DNA from: an uncultured Bacillales bacterium
GTDB taxonomy: Bacteria; Bacillota_I; Bacilli_A; RF39; UBA660
DNA: 64,000 nt
Assembly: GCA_947164795.1 (NCBI GenBank)
Contig: CAMUXV010000001.1
Coordinates: forward strand, 20,580 to 84,579
Direction of reading: 5' to 3'
Shown: positions 1-9,832 of the stretch, piece after piece
How positions within the stretch are numbered: position 1 is the first letter of the stretch
Layout of the letters: each line of letters begins with the position of its first letter
Notes under the pieces: generated by a model
Told to the model about the DNA's origin: nothing
What the model saw: the letters and a program-made list of their open reading frames with translations, nothing else
Database searches by the model: none
Translations under genes and position numbers: made by a program

Positions 1-1
1 C

Positions 2-1189
2 GATATTTATAAGGGTACATATAAAGGACTTTATTGTACTCCTTGTGAATCGTTTTGGACAGAGAGTCAGCTAGTAGATGGTAAATGTCCTGATTGTGGT
101 AGAGAAGTTCATGAGTTTAGTGAAGAAGCATATTTTCTTCGAACTAGTAAATATTCTAAATGGCTTGAAGATTATATAGAAAGTCATCCAGGATTTATTG
201 AGCCTGAATCTAGAAAAAATGAAATTATGAATAATTTTATTAAACCAGGATTACAAGATTTATGTGTATCTAGGACTTCATTTAAATGGGGAGTCCCAGT
301 AAATTTTGATGAAAAACATGTAGTTTATGTATGGATAGATGCTCTTTCTAATTATATTACTTTCTTAGGCTATAATGTAGATGGTGAATCATCAGAAGAA
401 TTTAAGAAGTATTGGCCATGTGATATACATATTATTGGTAAAGATATTCTTAGATTTCATACAATTTATTGGCCTATTATGCTTCATTTATTGGGATTAG
501 AACTTCCACATAAGATATTTGGTCATCCTTGGTTATTATTTGGTAACGATAAGATGAGCAAGAGTAAAGGAAATCTTACTTATGCTGATGATTTAGTAGA
601 AGAATTTGGAGTAGATGCTGTTAGATTTTATATGTTACATGAAATACCTTTTGCATCTGATGGTAATTATACAAGAGAATTATTAATTGATTCTATTAAC
701 AGTAATCTTGCTAATGTTCTTGGTAATTTAGTTAATAGAACTATTGGTATGGCTAATAAGTATTTTGATGGTATTATTACAAATACTAATGTTAATGAAG
801 ATATTGATACTGAATTTAAGAATTATATATTAGGTAAAAAGATTATTATTGACGATAAAATAAATAATGTTAGAGTAGCAGATGCTCTAGAAGAAGTAAT
901 TGATCTATTTAGAAGATGTAATAAATATATAGATGAAACTACTCCTTGGGTACTTGCTAAAGATGAGATTAAGAAAGATAGATTATCTACTGTTATATAT
1001 AATCTAGTAGAGGGTATTAGAATAGGTACTGTTTTATTACAAGCATTTTTACCTGATACTAGTGATAAAATCTTTTATCAAATTAATACTGAATTAAATG
1101 ATTTTGATAGTATTAAAGAATTTGGTGGCTATAAATCTGGTACTAAGGTTAATAATCCTGAAGTATTATTTCAAAGAATAGAAAATTAA
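2..1189 (+). CDS. metG: methionyl-tRNA synthetase, C-terminal ~395 aa (5' end outside window)
   Basis: Open frame from window edge in frame with ORF 227..1189; translation DIYKGTYKGLYCTPCESFW...CPDCG (zinc knuckle) and anticodon-binding region typical of class I MetRS. Confidence 0.9.
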   Translation, partial: DIYKGTYKGLYCTPCESFWTESQLVDGKCPDCGREVHEFSEEAYFLRTSKYSKWLEDYIESHPGFIEPESRKNEIMNNFIKPGLQDLCVSRTSFKWGVPVNFDEKHVVYVWIDALSNYITFLGYNVDGESSEEFKKYWPCDIHIIGKDILRFHTIYWPIMLHLLGLELPHKIFGHPWLLFGNDKMSKSKGNLTYADDLVEEFGVDAVRFYMLHEIPFASDGNYTRELLIDSINSNLANVLGNLVNRTIGMANKYFDGIITNTNVNEDIDTEFKNYILGKKIIIDDKINNVRVADALEEVIDLFRRCNKYIDETTPWVLAKDEIKKDRLSTVIYNLVEGIRIGTVLLQAFLPDTSDKIFYQINTELNDFDSIKEFGGYKSGTKVNNPEVLFQRIEN

Positions 1190-1203
1190 TCTATTCTTTT
1201 TTT
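1175..1203 (+). terminator. rho-independent terminator after metG (AGAATAG-N9-CTATTCT + T-run)
   Basis: perfect 7-bp stem followed by TTTTTTT read directly from sequence. Confidence 0.5.
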
Positions 1204-1512
1204 GTAAAGAGTGTGTAAAATGAGTAAAAGAATATTTACAGGTAATTAAATATATGATATATTTTAAAGGTAGTGCCCTAAAAAAATAGAAAAGGAGATA
1301 AAGGGTATGCTTGATACTAAGAATATACGTATTAAGAGTTTAGCTTATATATTTATATTGTTATTAGTGATTTTAGCTTTAATTAATAAGAATAAAATAG
1401 ATTATGTGTATTTAGGTTTTATTTTTATTCTTATTTTTAAGTTTTGTATTGAAAGATTTAGAAAATAATTGTACTATGGTTATAGTATGATTTTTTTATT
1501 GGAGGTTATTAT

Positions 1513-2274
1513 ATGTATATAGATACACACTGTCATATATATAAAGAATATTATAATAGTATAGATGATGTTATTAATGAGAGTAAAGCAAATGGTGTCA
1601 CTAGATTTATTGTTAATGGCTGTGATATGAAAAGTAATAAAGAGTCATTAGATCTTGCTCATAAATATGAGGAGGTATATGCAGCGATTGGTTTTCATCC
1701 TACTGAATTAAATGATTTTAAGGATGAATATTTCGATTGGCTAGAAGAACATATTAATGATAATAAAGTAGTAGCTATTGGAGAAATAGGACTAGATTAT
1801 CATTATGATGATACGGATAAAGAGAAAGAAATTTATGTATTTAGAAAACAACTTGATATTGCTAAGAAATATAATAAACCTATTATTGTCCATACTAGGG
1901 ATGCAATAGGAGATATCTTTCAAATACTGAAAGAATATAATTTAAGAGGTAGTATTCATTCTTATAGTGGTTCTGTAGAAATGGCTAGAGAGTTTATTAG
2001 ACTTGGATATATGATAGGTATCGGTGGAGTAATTACTTTTAAAAATGCTAAAAATATTAAAGAAGTGGTAAAAAATATTGATTTAGAATATATATTATTA
2101 GAGACAGATAGCCCTTATTTGACTCCTGAACCTTATAGGGGTACTCCTAATAGTCCTAAATATATTCCTTATATTGCAAAGGCTATTAGTGATATTAAGG
2201 ATGTTAATATTAATGATATTAGGAGGACTACTACTGGTAATGCAGAAAGGTTATTTGACTTTTCTAATAAATAA
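1513..2274 (+). CDS. tatD: TatD-family metal-dependent DNase/hydrolase
   Basis: MYIDTHCHIY... His-rich TatD motifs; GGAGG RBS; conserved metG-tatD synteny of Firmicutes. Confidence 0.9.
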   Translation: MYIDTHCHIYKEYYNSIDDVINESKANGVTRFIVNGCDMKSNKESLDLAHKYEEVYAAIGFHPTELNDFKDEYFDWLEEHINDNKVVAIGEIGLDYHYDDTDKEKEIYVFRKQLDIAKKYNKPIIVHTRDAIGDIFQILKEYNLRGSIHSYSGSVEMAREFIRLGYMIGIGGVITFKNAKNIKEVVKNIDLEYILLETDSPYLTPEPYRGTPNSPKYIPYIAKAISDIKDVNINDIRRTTTGNAERLFDFSNK

Positions 2275-2317
2275 TGATACAATTAATATGCTTATAAAAT
2301 ATTAATGAGGTGAGACA

Positions 2318-3040
2318 ATGAAAAAAAATCTTGCTAAGGTTATTACTATTTCTTGTTTGCTTTTAGTAGTTAGTTTATTTTTAGTAGTATTATTTTCTGG
2401 TAATAGGAGTAATAATACTATGGTTTATGTTGTTGATAACAATAACTTGAATAAGATGGATGAAAATACTTCGATTCTTTTTGAAAAGAAAGAATTAGAT
2501 GATATTAAAGAGGATACTAAAGAAGAAATAATTGATGATAAAGAGGAAGAACAGGTAGTAGAAGAAATCGTTATTATTGAAGAAGAAAAAGAAGAAGCAA
2601 GCGAAGTAGTTCAAGAACCAAAGGTAGAAGAACCTCAAGAAGAAGAAAAGGAAGAACCAGTGGTTACTAGTTTATCAGAGGAGAGAGAAGTTATTCAGAC
2701 TGTTGTAGGTAATTTGACCGGATATGGTCCTGATTGTGTTGGATGTGGTGGACACACTAGTACTGGTTTTGATTTGACTAAGTCTATTTATTATGATGAT
2801 AGTGAATTTGGAACTGTTAGAATATTAGCAGCGGATCCTTCGTTTCCTTTTTACTCAATATTTAGAGTAAGTAATGTTCCTACGATGGATGATTTTATTG
2901 GTATTGTTCTTGATAGAGGTGGAAATGTTGGATTTGGTAGAGGTACTTTATTTGATTTGGCTTTTGAAAGTGAAAGCTCTCCTAACCTAATACCTTTAAC
3001 TCGTAATGTTACATTTGAATTATTGAGAAGTGGTAAATAA
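2318..3040 (+). CDS. 3D-domain (MltA-like) cell-wall protein, YabE-like, with N-terminal TM helix and acidic E-rich linker
   Basis: C-terminal 3D-domain-like region (GYGPDCVGCGGHTSTG...); position after tatD as yabE in Bacillus. Confidence 0.65.
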   Translation: MKKNLAKVITISCLLLVVSLFLVVLFSGNRSNNTMVYVVDNNNLNKMDENTSILFEKKELDDIKEDTKEEIIDDKEEEQVVEEIVIIEEEKEEASEVVQEPKVEEPQEEEKEEPVVTSLSEEREVIQTVVGNLTGYGPDCVGCGGHTSTGFDLTKSIYYDDSEFGTVRILAADPSFPFYSIFRVSNVPTMDDFIGIVLDRGGNVGFGRGTLFDLAFESESSPNLIPLTRNVTFELLRSGK

Positions 3041-3104
3041 CTACTTCTTTTTTTGACAATTATTTCTTTATGTATATCATATACTTAATGTGGAGATAAT
3101 ATAT

Positions 3105-4025
3105 ATGAGGAAATTATTTATTTATACTTTGATTATGATTTTTATTCCATTTATTATTGTTACAATATTTAATGTTAATAATAAGGAGGAGATTTTTTTA
3201 AATTACTCGTCTAATATTATTATTAGAGTTAAAAGAGTAAATACTGATGAAATAGAGTATTTGCCTCTTGAAGAATATATTGTTGGTGTTCTTGCAGGAG
3301 AAATGCCTATTTATTTTGAAAAGGAAGCTTTTAAAGCTCAGGCGGTAGCGGCGAGAAGTTATGCTTTAAAAAGAATAGAGTATAATAAAAATGAAAAATA
3401 TGATGTCGTTGATTCTATTATGAATCAAGTATATTTGGATTATAACTATTTAAAATCTGCTTGGGAGGATGAATATATAGATAATATTAATAAACTTAGA
3501 GAAGTTGTTAATGAAACTTCAAACGAGTATTTAGAATATAATGGTGAGGTAATTGATGCTTTATTCTTTTCGACGAGTAATGGATATACCGAAGATTCAT
3601 CTTTGGTTTTTGATCTTAATTTACCATATTTAGTTAGTGTTAAGTCCTCTTGGGATGAAAAAACTTCAAGTGCTTTTAGAAGTAGAATGTCATTTTCTTT
3701 AAGTGAATTTTATAATAAATTGGGTCTTAATTATAATGATTACCTGAATGTTAAAATATTGAAAAGAAGTAGTACTAATAGAGTTATCAGTCTTAATATT
3801 AATGGAGTTGAATTTAATTCTAGAGATTTATATAATAAATTGGGATTAAAATCTACTGATTTTTCAATTAAACAAGAGAATAATAGTGTTATTATTGATA
3901 TGGTTGGTTATGGTCATGGAGTTGGTATGAGTCAGTATGGGGCAGAAGGTATGGCGGAAGAGGGTTATTCTTATATCGATATACTTAAATACTATTACAC
4001 GGGAACTAATTTAAAAAAATTTTAA
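3105..4025 (+). CDS. spoIID: SpoIID/LytB-domain lytic transglycosylase (alternative GTG start at 3090)
   Basis: AQAVAARSYAL motif characteristic of SpoIID family; N-terminal TM; GGAG RBS 9 nt before ATG 3105. Confidence 0.8.
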   Translation: MRKLFIYTLIMIFIPFIIVTIFNVNNKEEIFLNYSSNIIIRVKRVNTDEIEYLPLEEYIVGVLAGEMPIYFEKEAFKAQAVAARSYALKRIEYNKNEKYDVVDSIMNQVYLDYNYLKSAWEDEYIDNINKLREVVNETSNEYLEYNGEVIDALFFSTSNGYTEDSSLVFDLNLPYLVSVKSSWDEKTSSAFRSRMSFSLSEFYNKLGLNYNDYLNVKILKRSSTNRVISLNINGVEFNSRDLYNKLGLKSTDFSIKQENNSVIIDMVGYGHGVGMSQYGAEGMAEEGYSYIDILKYYYTGTNLKKF

Positions 4026-4079
4026 TTTTATGTATATTATTTCTGTTTTGGGAGAAAATTATAACAGAGGTGATATAAA

Positions 4080-4724
4080 ATGTATAATAGTAGAAGAACA
4101 AAAAAAATGATGATTCCTATTATATATGGATTTTGTGTACTTGCTTTTATAATTAGTATGTATTTTGCTGGAGTTATTGCTAATAAGTATTTATTTAATA
4201 AGAGTGATGATTTACAATATGTTGATGGTGAAATCACAGAGGAAATTGATAGAGATATTCCTGTTGTTAGTACCCCTTCAGTTATTGTCAGACCATATCT
4301 TGATAATGATGTAAAACTAGCCAAATCATTTTATGATTATAAAGCGGACAATGATTCACAAGAAAATTCTATTATTTTATTTGAAGGTACTTACATGCAA
4401 AATTCAGGAGTAGATTATACTGGAAACGAAGTATTCGATGTTATTAGTATTCTAGATGGAAGTGTTATTTATGTTAAGGATGACAATATACTTGGAACTA
4501 CTGTTCAAATTAGGCATTCAAACAATCTGATAAGTGTATATCAAAGTTTATCTGATGTTATTGTTAAAGAGGGTGATGAAATCATTCAAGGGCAAATTAT
4601 TGCTAGGAGTGGAATGTCAAGCATTAATAAAGAATTAGGAAATCATTTGCATTTTGAACTTTATTACAACGGAACTATTGTCAATCCGGAAGATTATTAT
4701 AATAAGGATATTAGTGAATTTTAG
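4080..4724 (+). CDS. M23 family peptidase (LytM/SpoIIQ-like) with N-terminal TM helix
   Basis: C-terminal HLHFELYYNGTIVNPEDY matches M23 HxH motif region; position between spoIID and mreB as SpoIIQ-like genes in Clostridia. Confidence 0.75.
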   Translation: MYNSRRTKKMMIPIIYGFCVLAFIISMYFAGVIANKYLFNKSDDLQYVDGEITEEIDRDIPVVSTPSVIVRPYLDNDVKLAKSFYDYKADNDSQENSIILFEGTYMQNSGVDYTGNEVFDVISILDGSVIYVKDDNILGTTVQIRHSNNLISVYQSLSDVIVKEGDEIIQGQIIARSGMSSINKELGNHLHFELYYNGTIVNPEDYYNKDISEF

Positions 4725-4836
4725 GCAGTAAAATGCCTTTTTTTACATAAGATTTACAATTTGTGTAAAAAACGTTAAAATTGGTACTAAAAATTAGTAA
4801 AATGTGGTAAAATGTTTATGAGGACGGTGATTACCA

Positions 4837-5829
4837 GTGTTTAATAAAGATATCGGAATAGATTTAGGAACCGCGAATGTGCTTATATATGTTAAAGGAC
4901 AAGGTATTGTTCTTAATGAGCCTTCAGTAGTTGCAATTGATGCGGATACTAAGAGACCTTTGGCTGTTGGTAGTGAAGCTCATGAAATGCTTGGTAGAAC
5001 ACCTGGTAAAGTAAAAGCAATTAAACCAATGAAGGATGGTGTAATAGCAGATTTTGAAACCACTGAAATTATGCTTAATTATTTTATTAAAAAAATTAAT
5101 GGTAAGAGTTTCTTTTCTAGACCTAGAATATTAATTTGTTGTCCAAGTAATATTACGCAAGTTGAAAAGAATGCTATTAAAGAGGCTGCTGAAAGAACTG
5201 GCGCTAAGAAGGTTTACTTGGAAGAAGAACCTAAAGTTGCTTCAATTGGCGCAGGAATGGATATTTCAAAGCCTAGCGGAAATATGGTTATTGACATTGG
5301 TGGTGGTACTACTGATATTGCTATCTTGTCTTTAGGAGGAGTTGTTAATAGTTCTTCAATTAGAATTGCTGGTAATGCATTCGATAATGATATTGTAAAG
5401 TATATTAAGGATAAATATAAACTTTTGGTAGGAGAAAGAACTGCTGAAGATATTAAAATTACTATTGGAACTGTTTTCCCTGGTTCAAGGAATGAGAAAA
5501 TGGAAGTTAGAGGAAGAGATTTAGTAACAGGGCTTCCGCATACTATAACTTTAACTAGTGATGAAGTTGAAGAAGCTTTAAGAGAAAGTGTTTATACTAT
5601 AATTCACGCTGTTAAGGGAATACTTGAACAAACACCTCCTGAATTATCAGCGGATATTATTGATAAAGGAATAGTTCTTACTGGTGGTGGTGCTATGGTA
5701 GATGGCTTTTCTCAAATACTCAGTCAAGAACTTAAGGTTCCAGTATTTATTGCTGAGTCGCCTCTTACTTGTGTAGCAGAAGGAACAGGAATTCTTTTAG
5801 ATAATTTATATATGCTAGAAAGACAATAG
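4837..5829 (+). CDS. mreB: rod-shape determining actin homologue MreB/Mbl (GTG start)
   Basis: IGIDLGTANVLIYVKG... phosphate-1 motif, full-length MreB similarity. Confidence 0.9.
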   Translation: MFNKDIGIDLGTANVLIYVKGQGIVLNEPSVVAIDADTKRPLAVGSEAHEMLGRTPGKVKAIKPMKDGVIADFETTEIMLNYFIKKINGKSFFSRPRILICCPSNITQVEKNAIKEAAERTGAKKVYLEEEPKVASIGAGMDISKPSGNMVIDIGGGTTDIAILSLGGVVNSSSIRIAGNAFDNDIVKYIKDKYKLLVGERTAEDIKITIGTVFPGSRNEKMEVRGRDLVTGLPHTITLTSDEVEEALRESVYTIIHAVKGILEQTPPELSADIIDKGIVLTGGGAMVDGFSQILSQELKVPVFIAESPLTCVAEGTGILLDNLYMLERQ

Positions 5830-5899
5830 AGATATTGTTTTTCTTTTTTTTATAATAAAAAAAAGAAAAATAGTTTTTTTACTATTTATCTTAATATCA

Positions 5900-7339
5900 T
5901 TATGAATTTCTTCTTCCACCAGAATGATGTGATAGGCTAGAAAAAATTTCTTCTTCGACATCTTTACTATTTATGATAGATATTGGCGTTCTATTACAAT
6001 ATATTTTATACTGTTTAATTGGATTATCATCCTTTTTTATGAATACTCCTAGTAATACATACTCATTATCTTTTAGATGTTTATAGGTTATTCTTATTTG
6101 ATCATCTCTTATTTCGGATATTCCAGGATAGGCTTCGTTTAATGGCTTTGTTTGAGATGGAAATAATCTGTTTTTTCTAAATAGCATTAGTAGTTCTTTA
6201 ACACTATTATATGTATCTTTAGGAATGTCTTTTAAATCAGATTCCAAGTATGAAATTCCTGATTTTTTTAATCCATAATGTAATATATTTGTATCTTCTT
6301 CTTTTTCTTCAATAGTTTTAATATCTTGATTGTATTTTTCTATTTCATTATCCATGATTTTTCTTATAAATATGTAATTTTGTAAAGCTTCTTTGTATAA
6401 AGTTAATAGTGTATTTCGATATTCTTTATCTTCATAATGTTCTAAATTATTTAATTCTTTATAAACTTCTAATAATTCTTCTTGATAATGTTTTAATAAA
6501 CTTATATATAGATATCTAACACTATTCAAAGAATAATTCTCACTAAAAGTTAGATTTCCTTTGTATTTTGGTAGCAGTTCTGGTGTAATATTTTCATCGA
6601 TTCCTTGATGCATAATTACATTTATTAATGAGTCTATTTGTGATTTTCTTTTGTCTTCAAGCCATGTTATGTCTTCAAATTCTTCAAATCCTGATAGAAT
6701 AATATTAGTTATTTCATTAAGTTTATTATAATTTATCTTTTTATTAATATCAATATGTGATCTTATATTGTGATTTTTTACTTTTTCTAATAAAAGTATT
6801 ATTTCTTTTTCTTCTAAATTCTTTCTTTTAAACAATTCTAATAGTATTTTATAATCTCCTGATGTTATCTTTTGATTGAATTTTAGGTTATGTATTATTA
6901 ATTTATATTCTTGCATTATTTGATCAGATATAATTGGTTTGGTAAAAACAAGTTCTGCTTGTAATTGCTCTAATATTGTATTTAGTTTGTTTATTAGATT
7001 TTTTATGTATTTTTTCCCTTTATCTAAATCTGATTTTAGGTATTTTTCGGGATTGTTTGTATAACTATTACTATTATAAATTGCTTTATATAAAGAGTTT
7101 AATATATTTTGGGATGTTTCTTTTGTTGTACTAAAAAATATTGGGATTATTGAATCAAATAGTATGTAATTTTCTTTCATATATTCATAGTTCTCAGATT
7201 CTAATATCTTAATCATTTCTTCGAGCATACTAATATTTGATTGTAAGTCTTTTTGTTTATTTATTTTATCATAGTAGTCTTTTATTTCTAGATATAATAG
7301 TTCTTTAATTAATGAAATATTTAGATTTTTACTTTCCAT
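5900..7339 (-). CDS. hypothetical K/E-rich coiled-coil protein with RelE/ParE-like C-terminal domain
   Basis: long ORF, no recognisable N-terminal family; C-terminus KPLNEAYPGISEIRDDQIRITYKHLKDNEYVLLGVFIKKDD resembles RelE/ParE/HigB toxin core. Confidence 0.5.
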   Translation of the reverse strand: MESKNLNISLIKELLYLEIKDYYDKINKQKDLQSNISMLEEMIKILESENYEYMKENYILFDSIIPIFFSTTKETSQNILNSLYKAIYNSNSYTNNPEKYLKSDLDKGKKYIKNLINKLNTILEQLQAELVFTKPIISDQIMQEYKLIIHNLKFNQKITSGDYKILLELFKRKNLEEKEIILLLEKVKNHNIRSHIDINKKINYNKLNEITNIILSGFEEFEDITWLEDKRKSQIDSLINVIMHQGIDENITPELLPKYKGNLTFSENYSLNSVRYLYISLLKHYQEELLEVYKELNNLEHYEDKEYRNTLLTLYKEALQNYIFIRKIMDNEIEKYNQDIKTIEEKEEDTNILHYGLKKSGISYLESDLKDIPKDTYNSVKELLMLFRKNRLFPSQTKPLNEAYPGISEIRDDQIRITYKHLKDNEYVLLGVFIKKDDNPIKQYKIYCNRTPISIINSKDVEEEIFSSLSHHSGGRRNS

Positions 7340-7559
7340 AATTCCTCCTTACCATCTAATTTTATTTTATATAAAAGTTTATTATAAATCAATCCTTTTT
7401 TGTTTGTTTTACATTTATGTTGGCATATTATATATTTTTAATATAAAGTTTTTTATTAAAACGGGTTAATATTAATTGTTATGGAGTGTAAAGTTAATAA
7501 TTAAAGGTATACTTTTTGTTATTCCTATGATAAAATTAAATTAGAAAGAAGATGATTAT

Positions 7560-7994
7560 ATGAAGATTGGTATTGCTAGTGACCATAGAGGTTATAAAGT
7601 AAAAGAAATGTTAAAAGATAGATTAAGTGAGTATGATATAGTTGATTATGGGACTAATAGCGAAGAACCTACTGATTTTCCTGTTTATGCAAAGAAACTT
7701 GGTACTGGGGTATTAAATCGTGAAGTTGATTTTGGTATTGCTATATGTGGAACTGGTATTGGTATGAGTATAGCATTAAATAAAATGAAAGGTATATATT
7801 GTGCTAAGGTTAGTACTTCAAGTGAAGCTAGACTTGCTAAATCTCATAATGACGCTAATGTTATTGCTATTAGTGAAGAATTGCCAGAAGAATTAATAAT
7901 AGAAATTGTTAATGATTTTATTAATACTCCTTTTTCAAATGTTAATAAGTATATTAATAGAAATAATATGATCAAGGAATTAGAAAATGATTAA
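7560..7994 (+). CDS. rpiB: ribose-5-phosphate isomerase B (RpiB/LacAB family)
   Basis: MKIGIASDHRGYKVKE...AICGTGIGMSIALNK signature. Confidence 0.85.
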   Translation: MKIGIASDHRGYKVKEMLKDRLSEYDIVDYGTNSEEPTDFPVYAKKLGTGVLNREVDFGIAICGTGIGMSIALNKMKGIYCAKVSTSSEARLAKSHNDANVIAISEELPEELIIEIVNDFINTPFSNVNKYINRNNMIKELEND

Positions 7995-8175
7995 ACTTAT
8001 AATTTATGTTTTTATTATTCCTTTAGTTATATTTGCTATGGATAGTATTAATATTAATAGTATATTTAAAAAGAATAAGGCATATCAAGCGAGATTATTT
8101 TATATTTTAATAGTATTTGGTTTATCTTATTTGATATGTAATTTTTTATATGATTTAGTATATATAGCTAGATAA
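7987..8175 (+). CDS. small hydrophobic membrane protein (hypothetical)
   Basis: 62-aa ORF with two predicted TM helices overlapping rpiB stop; no family recognised. Confidence 0.3.
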   Translation: MIKLIIYVFIIPLVIFAMDSININSIFKKNKAYQARLFYILIVFGLSYLICNFLYDLVYIAR

Positions 8176-8242
8176 GGACTGGTTTTTAAATAAAACTAGT
8201 TTTTTTATTAATAATATGGTAAAATACATGCAAGGAGAAAAT

Positions 8243-9217
8243 ATGTTTAGAATTGGTAATATAGAAATTAAGAACAATGTAGTACTTGCTCCGATGGCTG
8301 GAATATCTAATCCATCTTATATTAAGATTTGTGAGGAAATGGGACTTGGATATGCTATTACTGAACTTATTAGTGCGGAAGCAGTTTTTAGAAATAATAA
8401 AAAGACTATGGATATGTTAAATGGGTTTGATAGTCTTAATATTCCTGTTGCTATTCAGTTATTTGGTTCTAATGCTGATATTATGGGAAAAGCTGCTAGA
8501 AGGATAGTGGATATTTATCGTCCAAAGATTATTGATATTAATATGGGATGTCCTGTTCCTAAAGTGGCTGTTAAAAGCGAAGCAGGGGCTGCTTTAATGA
8601 AAGATTTAGATAAGGTATATGATATTGTTAAGACAGTAGTAGATAGCGTAGATGTTCCGGTTACTGTTAAAATTAGAAGTGGATGGGATAATAATAGTAT
8701 TAATGCTGTCGAAGTGGCTAAGGTATGTGAAAAAGCAGGAGCTTCTGCGATTAGTGTTCATGGTAGGACGAGAAGTCAAGGCTATAGTGGTACAGTAGAT
8801 TTAGATATTATAAGAAAGGTTAAAGAAAACGTTAGTATTCCTGTTATTGGTAATGGTGATGTAAGAGATGTGGAGTCTGCTAGTAAGATGATTATGTATA
8901 CTGGTTGTGATGCTGTAATGATAGGAAGAGCTGCTCTTGGTAATCCATGGATTATTAGAGATATTGTTAATTACTTTGATGATGGTAATTACTTAGATAA
9001 ACCTAGTTATGAAGATAGAATAAATATGTGTCTTAAACATTTGGATTATTTACTTAAATTTAAATGTGAAAAGGTAGCAGTACTTGAAATGAGAAGTCAT
9101 ATTTCTTGGTATCTAAAGGGGATGCCTGGAATATTAGAAGTAAAAAATGAAATATTTAAGACTAAAAGTGTTGAAGAAGTAAAAAAAATACTATCTAACT
9201 ATTTAAAAAAAATTTAA
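8243..9217 (+). CDS. dusB: tRNA-dihydrouridine synthase
   Basis: VLAPMAGISN...DINMGCP(V)PKV Dus motifs; AAGGAG RBS before ATG 8243 (ORF track starts 8216). Confidence 0.85.
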   Translation: MFRIGNIEIKNNVVLAPMAGISNPSYIKICEEMGLGYAITELISAEAVFRNNKKTMDMLNGFDSLNIPVAIQLFGSNADIMGKAARRIVDIYRPKIIDINMGCPVPKVAVKSEAGAALMKDLDKVYDIVKTVVDSVDVPVTVKIRSGWDNNSINAVEVAKVCEKAGASAISVHGRTRSQGYSGTVDLDIIRKVKENVSIPVIGNGDVRDVESASKMIMYTGCDAVMIGRAALGNPWIIRDIVNYFDDGNYLDKPSYEDRINMCLKHLDYLLKFKCEKVAVLEMRSHISWYLKGMPGILEVKNEIFKTKSVEEVKKILSNYLKKI

Positions 9218-9246
9218 AATAATATATAATATTGGTGTGGTGATTT

Positions 9247-9831
9247 ATGAAATCGTTATTTTTTAAGAGATTTGGTGCATATTTGTTTGATTTTGTGATT
9301 ATTGCTTTAATCGTCTCTGTAATTACAATGGGATTTAAAAAGAACAATGAAGTTATAGACAGAATGAATGCCTTACTTAATGGTGTTAACAGCGAAGAAA
9401 TAAGTATTGAGGAATATTCTAATGAAATATTTCAAATTAATTATGATTATCAGAAGAGTAGGATTCCCAATACTATAGTTAGTTTTGTTGTTAGTATTGG
9501 ATATTTTATTGTTTTTGCAACATTAAATAAAGGTCAGACACTTGGTAAAAAGGTATTTAAAATTAAGGTTGTTAATAAAGAGGGAAAAAGACCTGGTATT
9601 TGGAATATGATTGCTAGAAGTATTCCTTTATATGGTATTATGACAGGAATTATCAATGTTACTAGTATATATATATTAAATGTTAGAGTATTTAATTATA
9701 CTAATACTATTGTTAATTATATTTATTATGGTTTTGTTATTATATGCTTATTTATGGTGATGTATAGAAAAGATGGTAGAGGACTACATGATATAATAGG
9801 TAAAACTAGTGTTATAGGAGAGGTGAAATAA
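9247..9831 (+). CDS. RDD-family membrane protein
   Basis: N- and C-terminal TM segments, conserved R..DD-like pattern (RKDGRGLHD); moderate. Confidence 0.55.
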   Translation: MKSLFFKRFGAYLFDFVIIALIVSVITMGFKKNNEVIDRMNALLNGVNSEEISIEEYSNEIFQINYDYQKSRIPNTIVSFVVSIGYFIVFATLNKGQTLGKKVFKIKVVNKEGKRPGIWNMIARSIPLYGIMTGIINVTSIYILNVRVFNYTNTIVNYIYYGFVIICLFMVMYRKDGRGLHDIIGKTSVIGEVK

Positions 9832-9832
9832 A

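Noticed and set aside
2520-2700. Glu/Lys-rich repeat region in the 3D-domain protein as a possible tandem-repeat element
   Set aside because: This is ordinary low-complexity acidic linker (EEKEE..) between the TM anchor and the 3D domain. It has no nucleotide-level tandem repeat periodicity.
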